Assembly (NCBI GenBank): GCA_020348985.1
Contig: CP070761.1
Location: forward strand, 1,764,591 to 1,828,590
From: Candidatus Thorarchaeota archaeon
GTDB taxonomy: Archaea > Asgardarchaeota > Thorarchaeia > Thorarchaeales > Thorarchaeaceae
Length of the DNA: 64,000 nucleotides
Direction: 5' to 3'
The notes beneath the pieces were generated by a model. The model made no database searches, was not told where the DNA came from, and saw only the letters and a program-made list of their open reading frames with translations. Each line of letters opens with the position of its first letter. Within the stretch, counting starts at the first letter, position 1. The position numbers and the translations under genes were made by a program. Positions 47,057 through 56,757 of the stretch are shown here, piece after piece.

Positions 47057-48079
47057 ATGGGAACAATCCTGGGTGACATAGTGAAAGCAGAGCCAATGAC
47101 CTTGGCTGATCTTTCTGGAAGAGTCTTGGCCATTGATGCATTCAATTCACTCTATGCATTCCTCTCAATAATTCGTCAGCCAGATGGGACGCCCCTCATG
47201 GATCGGAAGGGACGGGTCACCAGTCACCTATCCGGTCTGCTCTATAGAAATGTGATACTTTTGGAGCATGGGATTGAGCCAGTCTATGTGTTCGATGGAG
47301 AATCGCCCCAGCTGAAACGAGCTGAGATTGAGCGAAGAAAGGAGGTCAGAGAAACAGCTCACAAGAAATGGGAAGAGGCGCTTGAGGAGGGACGAATTGA
47401 GGATGCCTACAAGGCCGCTCAAGCCAGTTCGAGGCTCAAGACGAATATGATAGATGAGAGCAAGGAGTTGCTTCAAGCAATGGGTGTTCCTGTTGTTCAG
47501 GCACCATCCGAAGGTGAAGCTCTAGCAGCTCAGATGGCAAGAGAGGGAATTGTCTGGGCAAGTGCGAGTCAGGACAATGACTCGTTGCTCTACAATTGCC
47601 CCAGAATGCTTCGAAATCTTGTAGGCAGAAGACCCTCACGAGGTCGCTCGTCCAGAAGCATAGAACCTGAGCTGATTGATCTGGACGAAAACCTGAGATT
47701 TCTCGAAATCTCACGAGAGCAACTCATAGACATAGCGATTCTAGTGGGCACAGATTACAATGATAAGGTCCCAGGAGTGGGTCCGAAAACCGCTCTCAAA
47801 CTAATCAAGGAATATGGCAGTCTTGAGAAGATAGAATCTGATAAGGGTATGACGCTCGACTTCCCGTACCCTGAGATTAGAGACATATTCCTCAATCCCC
47901 CGGAGATAGAATTGAAGAAACCGGAATCCGACGAACCCAACTATGACGAAGTCCGTCGGATCCTATGCTCAGAACATGACTTCAGTGCAAACAGAGTAGA
48001 TAAAGCACTAGAACGACTAAGAGAGTCTCTCACAGCAAGAGATGATACGACGCAGAGTTCGCTGTCAGATTTCTTCTAA
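47057..48079 (+). CDS. fen1: Flap endonuclease 1
   Basis: AIDA.N..Y.FLS.IRQ.DG, TSHLSG, APSEGEA, GTDYN, C-terminal PIP box QSSLSDFF. Confidence 0.97.
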   Translation: MGTILGDIVKAEPMTLADLSGRVLAIDAFNSLYAFLSIIRQPDGTPLMDRKGRVTSHLSGLLYRNVILLEHGIEPVYVFDGESPQLKRAEIERRKEVRETAHKKWEEALEEGRIEDAYKAAQASSRLKTNMIDESKELLQAMGVPVVQAPSEGEALAAQMAREGIVWASASQDNDSLLYNCPRMLRNLVGRRPSRGRSSRSIEPELIDLDENLRFLEISREQLIDIAILVGTDYNDKVPGVGPKTALKLIKEYGSLEKIESDKGMTLDFPYPEIRDIFLNPPEIELKKPESDEPNYDEVRRILCSEHDFSANRVDKALERLRESLTARDDTTQSSLSDFF

Positions 48080-48151
48080 TCCGCAACCTTCTAACGCTGG
48101 AATAATCCTTCATTCTCCCCAGAAGCTATACGTGTGCTAAGGTGATACAGC

Positions 48152-49000
48152 TTGACTGACATGAATGGAAAGATCTGCATAGTAACAGGCAGCAATTCGG
48201 GAATTGGGAAAGAAACCGCGCGCGCTCTTACGGAAATGGGTGCAACAATTGTCATGGCTGTCAGAGATAGAACCCGCGGTGAAGTAGCAAAGATGGAGAT
48301 TGCTGAGGTTTCAGGCCGTGAACCATGTGACATCATGTTGTGTGATCTCGCGTCTAGAGAATCAATCCGAATGTTTGCAAATCAGTTCAAGGAGAGTTAT
48401 GATCGACTGGATGTTCTCATCAACAATGCTGGTGCAGTCTTTCGTAGTCGTCAGCTAACAACAGATGGTTTTGAGAGTAATCTCGCGGTGAACTATCTGG
48501 GATCATTTCTTCTCACACACGAGCTTCTTCCCATACTGCGGAGTAGTGCCCCTTCTCGAGTGATCAACCTCACATCTGGCCTTCACAAGAGAGCCAACGT
48601 AGATTTCGACGACTTACAATCTAAAAGAAAGTTCTCATGGAGAGACGCTTACGGAGGCGCCAAGCTTCTACTAATCATGTATACCTACGAGCTAGCGAGG
48701 CGTCTTGAGGGCACAGGAGTCACAGTCAATGTTGTAAGTCCGGGTTTCGTTGCAACAAATCTTGGTGGTGGCACAGGAAGTCGTCTCAACAAGATCATGT
48801 TTCGAATGATGAGGCCTTTCCAGATTAGTGCAGAAGAAGGAGCCAAGACCTCATTGTATGTGGCAACATCCCCAGAGGTCGAAGGTGTCACTGGCAAGCA
48901 TTTCGCCAAGTCACAGATTAGCCCATCTTCTGAAATATCATACGACGAGTCGTTGCAGAAACGACTCTGGGACATTACGGAAGAGATGCTTTGTCTCTAG
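48152..49000 (+). CDS. SDR, retinol-dehydrogenase-like
   Basis: TGSNSGIG, NNAG, YGGAK, RLW. Confidence 0.9.
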   Translation: MTDMNGKICIVTGSNSGIGKETARALTEMGATIVMAVRDRTRGEVAKMEIAEVSGREPCDIMLCDLASRESIRMFANQFKESYDRLDVLINNAGAVFRSRQLTTDGFESNLAVNYLGSFLLTHELLPILRSSAPSRVINLTSGLHKRANVDFDDLQSKRKFSWRDAYGGAKLLLIMYTYELARRLEGTGVTVNVVSPGFVATNLGGGTGSRLNKIMFRMMRPFQISAEEGAKTSLYVATSPEVEGVTGKHFAKSQISPSSEISYDESLQKRLWDITEEMLCL

Positions 49001-49094
49001 ATCACCCATTCTTGATTCTAATGTACAGGGAAGAAAAGCCAAATTACGAGTTTGCAGATGTGTGCCGAACAACATTTCGGCCAGTGAGACTAAG

Positions 49095-49541
49095 ATGACT
49101 AAGGTTATGGATGTGGAGATCAGACATTCCACACTTATTCGGGCCAGTCCAGAAGAAGTGTACGATGCCCTGACAACTGCAGAGGCTTTCAATACATGGT
49201 TCACCACAGAATCTCAAATCGAGGCTAGACCGGGTGGCTCATTCTACTTCAAGTGGAAGGATTGGGGTCCTGACAAGATAAGCGTGGAGGACAGCGGCCC
49301 AATTGTAGAAGCAACTCGTCCTGAGAAGTTCTTGTTCAAGTGGCACGGCGAAAACAACTCCTACTATACCACTGTTGAGATACTTCTAGAGAGAGTCGAG
49401 GAAGGTACTGCCGTCAGATTAAGAGAATATGGGTATCAAGATACACCCTCTGGGAGACAATCCTTCATGAACTGTTCCACAGGTTGGGGAGAGGCCCTGA
49501 CTCTCCTGAAGTTTTATGTAGAACATGGCGTCGTCTACTGA
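49095..49541 (+). CDS. SRPBCC/AHSA1-like domain protein
   Basis: I.ASPEEVY.ALT......WF...GW...L..LK; start ATG 49095. Confidence 0.85.
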   Translation: MTKVMDVEIRHSTLIRASPEEVYDALTTAEAFNTWFTTESQIEARPGGSFYFKWKDWGPDKISVEDSGPIVEATRPEKFLFKWHGENNSYYTTVEILLERVEEGTAVRLREYGYQDTPSGRQSFMNCSTGWGEALTLLKFYVEHGVVY

Positions 49542-49571
49542 CTGCTCGCTTTGAGGGGTCGAAGACAGAAG

Positions 49572-50399
49572 ATGGGCCACACGATAGATTCGAAACTTAA
49601 ACTTAACAACGGTGTCCACATTCCCCTGCTCGGGCTGGGAACATATCACCTCTCGCCAAGCAAGATGGCTCGGAATGCCATTCTGAGTGCACTTCAGTTG
49701 GGATATCGTCACATCGACACGGCGATGATCCACAGAAACGAAACCGATGTTGGTGCTGCTATTCGTGAATCTGGAATTCCAAGGGATCAGGTCTTCATAA
49801 CTACCAAGCTATGGAACAGCGACCAGGGTTATGAATCAGCATTGGCAGCATGCAAGCAGAGCATGAAACGACTCGGAGTTGACTACATTGACCTATATCT
49901 GATTCATTGGCCTGTGCCGGAACGGCGACTAGAATCATGGAGAGCACTAGAGAAGCTATTGGACTACGGAAACTGCAGAACAATCGGGGTAAGCAACTAC
50001 CAATATCGTCACCTGGAAGAGTTGTTGGGCGAGTGCAGTGTTGTCCCTGCCGTCAACCAAGTTGAGTTTCATCCATTTCTCTTCCAGAGGGAACTATTCC
50101 TCTACTGCAAAAGCAAGAGCATCCAACTAGAAGGTTACAGCCCACTTACAAAGGGCATGAGACTCAGAGACCCACAACTGCAATGGATTGCAGCGAAGTA
50201 TAACAAAACAGTTGCTCAGATACTGGTTCGTTGGCAATTGGAACATGACATCGTTACTATCCCAAAGTCTGCTCGAGCGAACCGAATCAGAGAGAATTCT
50301 CAGGTGTTTGATTTCTCAATATCGAGGGAAGACATGAAGATACTCAACAACATGAATGAGGACCTCAGGACCAGCTGGGACCCAACTAACGTCTGGTAG
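49572..50399 (+). CDS. Aldo/keto reductase
   Basis: LGLGT, GYRHIDTA, TKLWN, LIHWP, GVSN, IPKS; the catalytic Tyr position is His. Confidence 0.9.
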   Translation: MGHTIDSKLKLNNGVHIPLLGLGTYHLSPSKMARNAILSALQLGYRHIDTAMIHRNETDVGAAIRESGIPRDQVFITTKLWNSDQGYESALAACKQSMKRLGVDYIDLYLIHWPVPERRLESWRALEKLLDYGNCRTIGVSNYQYRHLEELLGECSVVPAVNQVEFHPFLFQRELFLYCKSKSIQLEGYSPLTKGMRLRDPQLQWIAAKYNKTVAQILVRWQLEHDIVTIPKSARANRIRENSQVFDFSISREDMKILNNMNEDLRTSWDPTNVW

Positions 50400-50450
50400 T
50401 CCAACTAGATAATTCTGATTCTACCCATGGTCGTGTTCATTCACGTAGTC

Positions 50451-50510
50451 TTACGTATGCAGTAATACTTATATATATTTAATACAGAGTACTAAGTAAC
50501 ACATAGTATA
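50451..50510 (+). promoter_or_regulatory. AT-rich promoter with TATA box and imperfect palindrome (candidate PadR operator)
   Basis: TTATATAT at 50469-50476; TACAGAGTACTAAGTA dyad at 50483-50498, just upstream of padR. Confidence 0.5.
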
Positions 50511-50525
50511 TGGTGTTGCACAATA

Positions 50526-50888
50526 ATGAGTAACGCACACATAGAAGAATTCGAAAGATGGTCTAGAGAGGTCAAAAAGGGTGCTGCTTCTCTTGCCATT
50601 CTGGCGGTCCTTGAGAGAGAACGCAGCTATGGCTACGACATTGTCAAGAAGCTCGAGGATTGGAATGTGACATTCCTGGCTTTCGAGCAGGGCACGGTGT
50701 ATCCTCTTCTAAAGCGGCTGGAGAAGCGGCAGCTTCTATCTTCGACCTGGAGCATGGATGAACCAGACAAGCCGAAGAAGTACTACACAATAACTGAAGA
50801 GGGAAAGGCAGCTCTTAAATTGATGACCCAGACATGGGCTAGATTATCAGATGAGATGAAGAGCATCATTGGAGGCGACGCATTATGA
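50526..50888 (+). CDS. PadR-family transcriptional regulator
   Basis: YGY.I, GTVYPLL.RLE, KYY.IT..G. Confidence 0.92.
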   Translation: MSNAHIEEFERWSREVKKGAASLAILAVLERERSYGYDIVKKLEDWNVTFLAFEQGTVYPLLKRLEKRQLLSSTWSMDEPDKPKKYYTITEEGKAALKLMTQTWARLSDEMKSIIGGDAL

Positions 50889-51949
50889 GCAAAGATCCAG
50901 AGAAACTGGTTGATGAGTATCTTGAGAGAGTTAAGGTCTATCTTCCAATTGACAGCGAAGACACACTTCTAGAGATTAAGACACATCTTCTCAAGGAGGC
51001 AGAGAGAATTGGAGAAGGAAGTATTACTCCCGGCTCTACTCTAATGGCAATCGAAAGGTTTGGCGAGCCCAAACAGGTTGCCAACGAGTATGCAGGGACT
51101 GGAAAGAGAATCGGCCCTGTGCCAGCAGAGTACACTCAACCACTGATTAGAATCCTATTGGCACTTCTGGGAATTAGCATTGCATTCATAGTTGGTGGCT
51201 ATGTCATTGGAATTGCCTTTCCCACATTGATAGGCGATCTGGCAGCCATTCAGAACTGGCCTTTCGTGTTGCCGGTGATGATTGTTGTCAACGTCTTGTT
51301 TGTGGTTCTTATCTTTGGAGGGATTTCGCTCTACGCGGACAGAGACAAATTGGCTACTGAGAGAACTACAATTGAAGGTATCTTCGGAATAGGCAGCAGC
51401 GCTTTCAACCCCAAGAGTCGTTCGGATGCTGCGGCTGATGTCATCTTTGGACCAATCTTTGGAACTCTAGCGGTCTTACCCCAGATCCACGTACTGTTCA
51501 ACCCGGCGTTCGTGCCTATACTCTACTTGGTTGCGGTCTTGATGTACATCGGAGCGGTGAAGGGCGCCTTGTTCTTCTTCCACGGAGAGAACAACCTCAA
51601 TCTATTGATCGAGGGAATTCTGGCCATATTCTGGATCATCATTGCACTGGTCATGATCAACTTCGCAATGCCGATAGAGTACGCTTGGAACAACTCTGGT
51701 TCTGGCTGGGAACTCATAGCACTAACTGATCTAGCAGCGCTCTTCCCAGCGACATTCGACATCTTCGTACCCTTGACTCTCGGCTGGATGGTGCTCATCT
51801 TCGTCATAGTGGTTGTTAGCAGCTGGAGAGTTCTCATTGCTGTGATGAAGATTCCAATGTACCTTCAGGCAGGCAAGGGCTGGTGGTGGAAGGGCACTTG
51901 GGGTCCTGGACGCAGGTTCAGGAGAGGTGTCTGGGCACAGAGACGCTAG
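50885..51949 (+). CDS. PadR-associated membrane protein (HAAS-like N-terminus)
   Basis: YL..V...L......EI..HL...FGEP..VA followed by several TM helices; 4-bp overlap with padR. Confidence 0.75.
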   Translation: MSKDPEKLVDEYLERVKVYLPIDSEDTLLEIKTHLLKEAERIGEGSITPGSTLMAIERFGEPKQVANEYAGTGKRIGPVPAEYTQPLIRILLALLGISIAFIVGGYVIGIAFPTLIGDLAAIQNWPFVLPVMIVVNVLFVVLIFGGISLYADRDKLATERTTIEGIFGIGSSAFNPKSRSDAAADVIFGPIFGTLAVLPQIHVLFNPAFVPILYLVAVLMYIGAVKGALFFFHGENNLNLLIEGILAIFWIIIALVMINFAMPIEYAWNNSGSGWELIALTDLAALFPATFDIFVPLTLGWMVLIFVIVVVSSWRVLIAVMKIPMYLQAGKGWWWKGTWGPGRRFRRGVWAQRR

Positions 51950-51985
51950 TTCAAACAGCGTGTCAAGGATCAACTAGCTACACAA

Positions 51986-52030
51986 TAGGATGGAGTGCGG
52001 CAGTGCCGCATCCATCTAACTACTTCTTTT
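51986..52030. terminator. Long hairpin between convergent genes
   Basis: TAGGATGGAGTGCGGC-agt-GCCGCATCCATCTA then tacttctttt. Confidence 0.55.
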
Positions 52031-52068
52031 CAATCCTCAGAGTTTTGGTCAAGTAGTGGAAAGACCGA

Positions 52069-52686
52069 TCACTGCGATTGTCTGAGTTTGGGGAACAGTC
52101 TTCCCGTACGTTTCATGTAAGCAATGTACTCATCACCAAACTCGCCTATCATGGCCTGTTCTTCGATCTTGATTCTCTTGTATAGACCTGGAGCCATCAG
52201 CATGAGAATGACTACTAAAAGCCAGTTATCAGTGACGAATACAAGGGAGGCGATGAATAGCATTATTACCAAGTACATCGGGTGGCGGATTCTCTTGTAG
52301 GGCCCTGTCGTCACTAGACTCTGATCCTTCTGAATCTTCACAGTATAGTAGTAGTTCTTTGCAAGTGTCTTTCCAATCCAGTATGTATAAGGCAAGGAAA
52401 GGACGCTCACAGTCAGACCAAGCAGCCGTAGTTCTAGAGGCATATTCAGATATGACCACAGCATCCACGGAGGGTCTAGTAGGTAGAGTCCTCCCACAAT
52501 GAGGTTTCCATACGTTGATGCAATGAGCATTAAAAGGACAAGCAGACCCTCTTTACCAAACGCTTCACGACGCTCCTTGCGTGTGCTTTTCATTGCTGGA
52601 AGTCCTCGAGAAGGAATCACTCTTGATGCAATGAAAAGCACCCACAGCAGAATGAAACCAACCCGAAAAATCAAGCCAATATCCAT
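52069..52686 (-). CDS. Isoprenylcysteine carboxyl methyltransferase/PEMT-family membrane protein
   Basis: LVTTGPY..IRHPMY, EE......FG..Y..Y..RT.R..P. Confidence 0.88.
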   Translation of the reverse strand: MDIGLIFRVGFILLWVLFIASRVIPSRGLPAMKSTRKERREAFGKEGLLVLLMLIASTYGNLIVGGLYLLDPPWMLWSYLNMPLELRLLGLTVSVLSLPYTYWIGKTLAKNYYYTVKIQKDQSLVTTGPYKRIRHPMYLVIMLFIASLVFVTDNWLLVVILMLMAPGLYKRIKIEEQAMIGEFGDEYIAYMKRTGRLFPKLRQSQ

Positions 52687-52740
52687 TTGTCTTCACCTTT
52701 AAGGTTCTAGGGTCAATGTAGGACCCGATGTTTCAACACA

Positions 52741-52790
52741 TAACTGAACACTTGTTCATATATCTCTTACTAACTGAACAACCGTTCAGA
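52741..52790. promoter_or_regulatory. Two palindromic operators 30 bp apart (candidate TetR sites)
   Basis: TGAACA-ct-TGTTCA (52745-52758) and CTGAAC-aacc-GTTCAG (52774-52789); both start with taactgaaca. Confidence 0.7.
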
Positions 52791-52833
52791 TACAGACATA
52801 TACTTGATTGCCCTATACCAGCTATGGGTCCTC

Positions 52834-53442
52834 ATGACGCAAAGCGAAAAGAAGTTCTCACGTGATAAAGAAGCCAAGAAAGAAGCCATAATCGAGGCAT
52901 TGTCAGAACTCATCTCAGAGAAGGGCTACAGTAGAACAAGCGTGAGGGACATTCCAGAGCGGGCCGGCTTAAGCATAGGAACGATCTACCGGTATTTCCC
53001 GAAGGGCAAGATAGACATCGTGAAGGAAATACTGAACCGCAACACAAGTCGGATTATCGAATTAGAAGTGCCTGACAAATTTGACTCCGCAGCTTTCGCT
53101 AAACTTTGGTCGTACATGATTGATCTTGCCATCGAGGTAAGGAAGAAAGGCCTGATTATGGCAGATAACTTCGCAATAACGGAGGAAATTGATATCGAGG
53201 CAATTCGAGACATCACAACCACAGTTCTTCGATTCTATCGGTGGCTGGCAAGTAGATTCAAGGAGATTGATCGTCTCGCTGGCTGTTCAGAGGCGGAGTT
53301 GGTTCGCAGAATTGTTGTGATGATGCAGATAATTGACAGCGTAATCAACAAACATCTGAAATATCCGCTCTTTGACGATGACAAGAGCATGTCAAAGTAC
53401 CTTCTTCGTGTTGTCGACCTTACTTTCGAATCATGTCAATAG
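52834..53442 (+). CDS. TetR/AcrR-family regulator
   Basis: KGY..TSVRDI..RAGLSIGTIYRYF; probable start ATG 52834. Confidence 0.9.
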   Translation: MTQSEKKFSRDKEAKKEAIIEALSELISEKGYSRTSVRDIPERAGLSIGTIYRYFPKGKIDIVKEILNRNTSRIIELEVPDKFDSAAFAKLWSYMIDLAIEVRKKGLIMADNFAITEEIDIEAIRDITTTVLRFYRWLASRFKEIDRLAGCSEAELVRRIVVMMQIIDSVINKHLKYPLFDDDKSMSKYLLRVVDLTFESCQ

Positions 53443-53552
53443 CACATGGCAGTCCCTCGCGAGTAGCAGCATTCGCACAATCAACGGAATGATTGATTAC
53501 TCACCTTTTCATTCAGAAGAACTGGGATTCGCTAAGTTTGGAGTGTTAGTGG

Positions 53553-54290
53553 ATGAGCGATTATGACTCTGAGCCCTACATCGATATTGACATAGCCATC
53601 TATGGGGGTGGAAAGGGCAACATTTTGGACTCGATCGAGACGCATTTTGGTATTGAGTTGACAAAAGAGGCAGAACGTCGATGGGTCGGCCCTCACGCGG
53701 CCAAGAGAGTAATGGGGGTCACAACGAGAGGGGTCGCTGAGATAGGCTATGCTGATGCATCGGGTGAGTGCGCCATACTCTCATTGATTGTCGCCTTCTT
53801 TCTGTTGTTGATAGTAATATGGCAGCTGGTCATGTTTCTTATCGTGATTGTGGTGCTTGGTATCTTTAGCGGGGGTGCAGCTCTGAAATACACAAGAGCA
53901 ACCTACATGACTACTGACAGTGTTTCGATTGAATCCTTACAATTGGAGGCATTCACAAAAGACCAGATTAACAGTGGTCGTTTCGTAATGATAGATCTTG
54001 AAGGACCTGGTTTTACTCTCGGTCCAATTGCCAAGGCATCGACTAGGGCAACTCGACTATTCAGATATGGAATAGTATTCTCGATGTTGATAGCCTCCTT
54101 GTTTCTAGTAACTGAAGTGGTCTATCGACTATTGTATGCTCTGTGGCTAGTTGATCTCCTAGTATTAGCCGCCTTCGGCATTGCGTTCCTTCTTGGAATC
54201 ATTGTAACAGACGCAGGTGTGATTCTTCGTCGTCGGCTTCGAGGCGGAATCGAAGCTGGGTACGTCGACGGACCCCTGGGGGACGCCTAG
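53553..54290 (+). CDS. Hypothetical membrane protein
   Basis: About 4 hydrophobic segments, no recognised family. Confidence 0.6.
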   Translation: MSDYDSEPYIDIDIAIYGGGKGNILDSIETHFGIELTKEAERRWVGPHAAKRVMGVTTRGVAEIGYADASGECAILSLIVAFFLLLIVIWQLVMFLIVIVVLGIFSGGAALKYTRATYMTTDSVSIESLQLEAFTKDQINSGRFVMIDLEGPGFTLGPIAKASTRATRLFRYGIVFSMLIASLFLVTEVVYRLLYALWLVDLLVLAAFGIAFLLGIIVTDAGVILRRRLRGGIEAGYVDGPLGDA

Positions 54291-54292
54291 AC

Positions 54293-55993
54293 TCAGAACG
54301 ACAGGATTGTAGCAAGCAACCATCCGAACATCAAGGCATTCAGTATTGCGCCAACGTAGTAGTCGCCAGTCAACCGATAGCCCCAAAGAATGACAATGGT
54401 TGCAACTGCAAACCACAATGTGAACGCATAGAAGAACAAGAATGTGAATCCTACCATGGATGGAACGACAGGGACACCGGTGATAACCCCTAGACCATAT
54501 TCAAACGAGATTATGATCAAGTACGGAATGCATTTGATGAACATGGCTTTCACTGTCCAACTCACTTGAGTGCCTAGCCAACTGTTCTTCTCTGATGTCA
54601 GAAGCACACTGGTCAGCCACTTTCCTTCCACCAAGGCATAGACCAAGAAGACAAAGAAGTACGGCAACACGAATAGGGTTCTAGTCCAAGTCAGGTCGTT
54701 GAAACCGGGCAAAAACACTCTGAGATCAAGTGCGAATCCCAAGTCAACTAGTAGAGTCCATGCATAAAGCCATCCCACCACAAGAAAGGCAGGTAGGCAG
54801 TACTTGCCGAAACGAGTCAGGAATTCCTTGAAGCTGATGTTTACTGTGAAACCCAAATCCCTGCGGCGGACAATCATGCGGAGGACCAGAAAAGAAACAA
54901 TGGCACTTCCTAGCATCCAACTAACAACTGGTATTCCGAAGTGTTGAGGAAACCGTATGAAGGCATCCAAGATTTGACCAATTGCAAGTAAGGGAAAGAA
55001 CAAGGTAAGACCAATTGCCCCGTACACTAGGCCGTAACCGAGGAACTGTTTGCTCGTCATTCCCTCTTTTGGTTCTGGTTGCTTTCTAAGATGTGAGAAG
55101 AATGGCAGGTCAAGTAGTATAGCAAGGACTGGAAAGATGGTGAGAATCGCACCAAAGAGCCCAATGAAGCCGCCGAGAAGCCAGAAGCCGTAGACCAAAT
55201 CGGAGCTAGATATCCAGTGAGCATCTTCTGTGCCCCCCTTGAGACTATCTTTCATCCATTCGACGGTTTCGCTCACAATCGTAGGTTCTATGGTCTCGAA
55301 CAGATGGTTCGTACGACCAAAAGCTACTCGTCTCGCTGTACCGTCACCGAAATCGCCGTAGGTGATGCCGGGCTCGACATCTGTAACACCAAATGAGGAT
55401 TCCAAAGGTGTGAGGTTTCCTGGATACGAGGAGAGTGAAGAAAAGTCACCTACTGTTACCAAGAGATTTGGGATGTAGGGGATTGAACTGATATTCGTGG
55501 GAACCCAGCTCCCTACAAGGACAAGAGCATCAACAGCAACAGAAGACTCAGAGAGGGCTCTCCAACAGACGCCCCCGCCCATGCTATGGCCGATGAGCCC
55601 AATTGCGGAATCGTTAACATACTCGAGGGAAGCAAGATAGTCTAGAGCCGCTCCGCCGCTTCCTGTGCCAGGATCAGAGTTTCCATGACCATTCACATCA
55701 ATTGTCAGTGCTACGAATCCTCTACGAGCCAATTCTATTCCAAATGCCATCAACCACTCTTTATTCTGCAGTGACCCATGTACCACAACGACCCCCGGAA
55801 CAGGTTCTGAACTCGTGGCATGGATTGGTTTCTGCAAAGTGCTGTGAATCCACGAGCCATCAACAGCTTGGAAATCCACTTCACTGACAAGGACAGATCC
55901 AAAGCCACTTTGAACAGATGCCGCAGTTCCAACACCAAGGACAAGCAGAAACAGCGCAAGAACTAATACCATGTATCTGGGTCTCAATCCCAT
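54293..55993 (-). CDS. Membrane-bound alpha/beta hydrolase
   Basis: Signal anchor, VVVHG, GHG.S, GHSMGG, C-terminal multi-TM domain. Confidence 0.82.
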   Translation of the reverse strand: MGLRPRYMVLVLALFLLVLGVGTAASVQSGFGSVLVSEVDFQAVDGSWIHSTLQKPIHATSSEPVPGVVVVHGSLQNKEWLMAFGIELARRGFVALTIDVNGHGNSDPGTGSGGAALDYLASLEYVNDSAIGLIGHSMGGGVCWRALSESSVAVDALVLVGSWVPTNISSIPYIPNLLVTVGDFSSLSSYPGNLTPLESSFGVTDVEPGITYGDFGDGTARRVAFGRTNHLFETIEPTIVSETVEWMKDSLKGGTEDAHWISSSDLVYGFWLLGGFIGLFGAILTIFPVLAILLDLPFFSHLRKQPEPKEGMTSKQFLGYGLVYGAIGLTLFFPLLAIGQILDAFIRFPQHFGIPVVSWMLGSAIVSFLVLRMIVRRRDLGFTVNISFKEFLTRFGKYCLPAFLVVGWLYAWTLLVDLGFALDLRVFLPGFNDLTWTRTLFVLPYFFVFLVYALVEGKWLTSVLLTSEKNSWLGTQVSWTVKAMFIKCIPYLIIISFEYGLGVITGVPVVPSMVGFTFLFFYAFTLWFAVATIVILWGYRLTGDYYVGAILNALMFGWLLATILSF

Positions 55994-56094
55994 TCTCCTT
56001 CAGCTCTGTCAAATGTTCGAAATCTGAGCACAGGCATCCCCCATTTATCTCATCCTGAATCTATTCTGAAGACTCATAACAACCAATCTCGATA

Positions 56095-56733
56095 GTGAAA
56101 ATGATGCCTGATTGGGACGAGATATTCTCGAGAAGTGGAAGGGTGTTCACTGAGCCGCATCCAGACATGGTTCGAATAGCCGACTATTTTGGAGATGAAG
56201 GCGTTCAAAGAATCCTGGACTTGGGCTGTGGTACTGGACGACATCTCCTCTTCTTTGGAAAGCTCGGCTTCGAAATGCACGGTTTCGATGCATCATCCAC
56301 TGCACTTTCACTCGCAAATGAGTGGTTGGACCAAAAGGGGATAGTCGCGGAGACTTTGCAACACAGAATGGAAGAGATGTTTCCCTATCCAACTGATTTC
56401 TTTGACGCTATAATCTCGATACAGGTCATTCACCATAACCTGAAGCATGATATCCTAACCACTGTGAAAGAAATAGAACGGGTTCTGCGGCCTGGCGGCG
56501 TCATCTTCATCACTTTTCCAATACACTCGCCCGCGCCTGAGTCACCCGAGGACGACTGGGATCTTAGGCAAGTCGAGCCGGACACTTACATCCCACAAAA
56601 AGGGCCAGAAGCGGGAATCCCTCACCACTACTTTACCCTGGAGGAGATTCCTGAGGTGTTCCATTCATTTGAGATCCTTGACCTCTATGTGGACGAAGTG
56701 GATCACAGATGTTTACTGGGCAGAATACACTGA
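56095..56733 (+). CDS. Class I SAM-dependent methyltransferase
   Basis: ILDLGCGTGRH, FD.I....VIHH, RVLRPGG. Confidence 0.88.
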   Translation: MKMMPDWDEIFSRSGRVFTEPHPDMVRIADYFGDEGVQRILDLGCGTGRHLLFFGKLGFEMHGFDASSTALSLANEWLDQKGIVAETLQHRMEEMFPYPTDFFDAIISIQVIHHNLKHDILTTVKEIERVLRPGGVIFITFPIHSPAPESPEDDWDLRQVEPDTYIPQKGPEAGIPHHYFTLEEIPEVFHSFEILDLYVDEVDHRCLLGRIH

Positions 56734-56757
56734 ATGGTTAGAAACGGTTCTCTTGCC

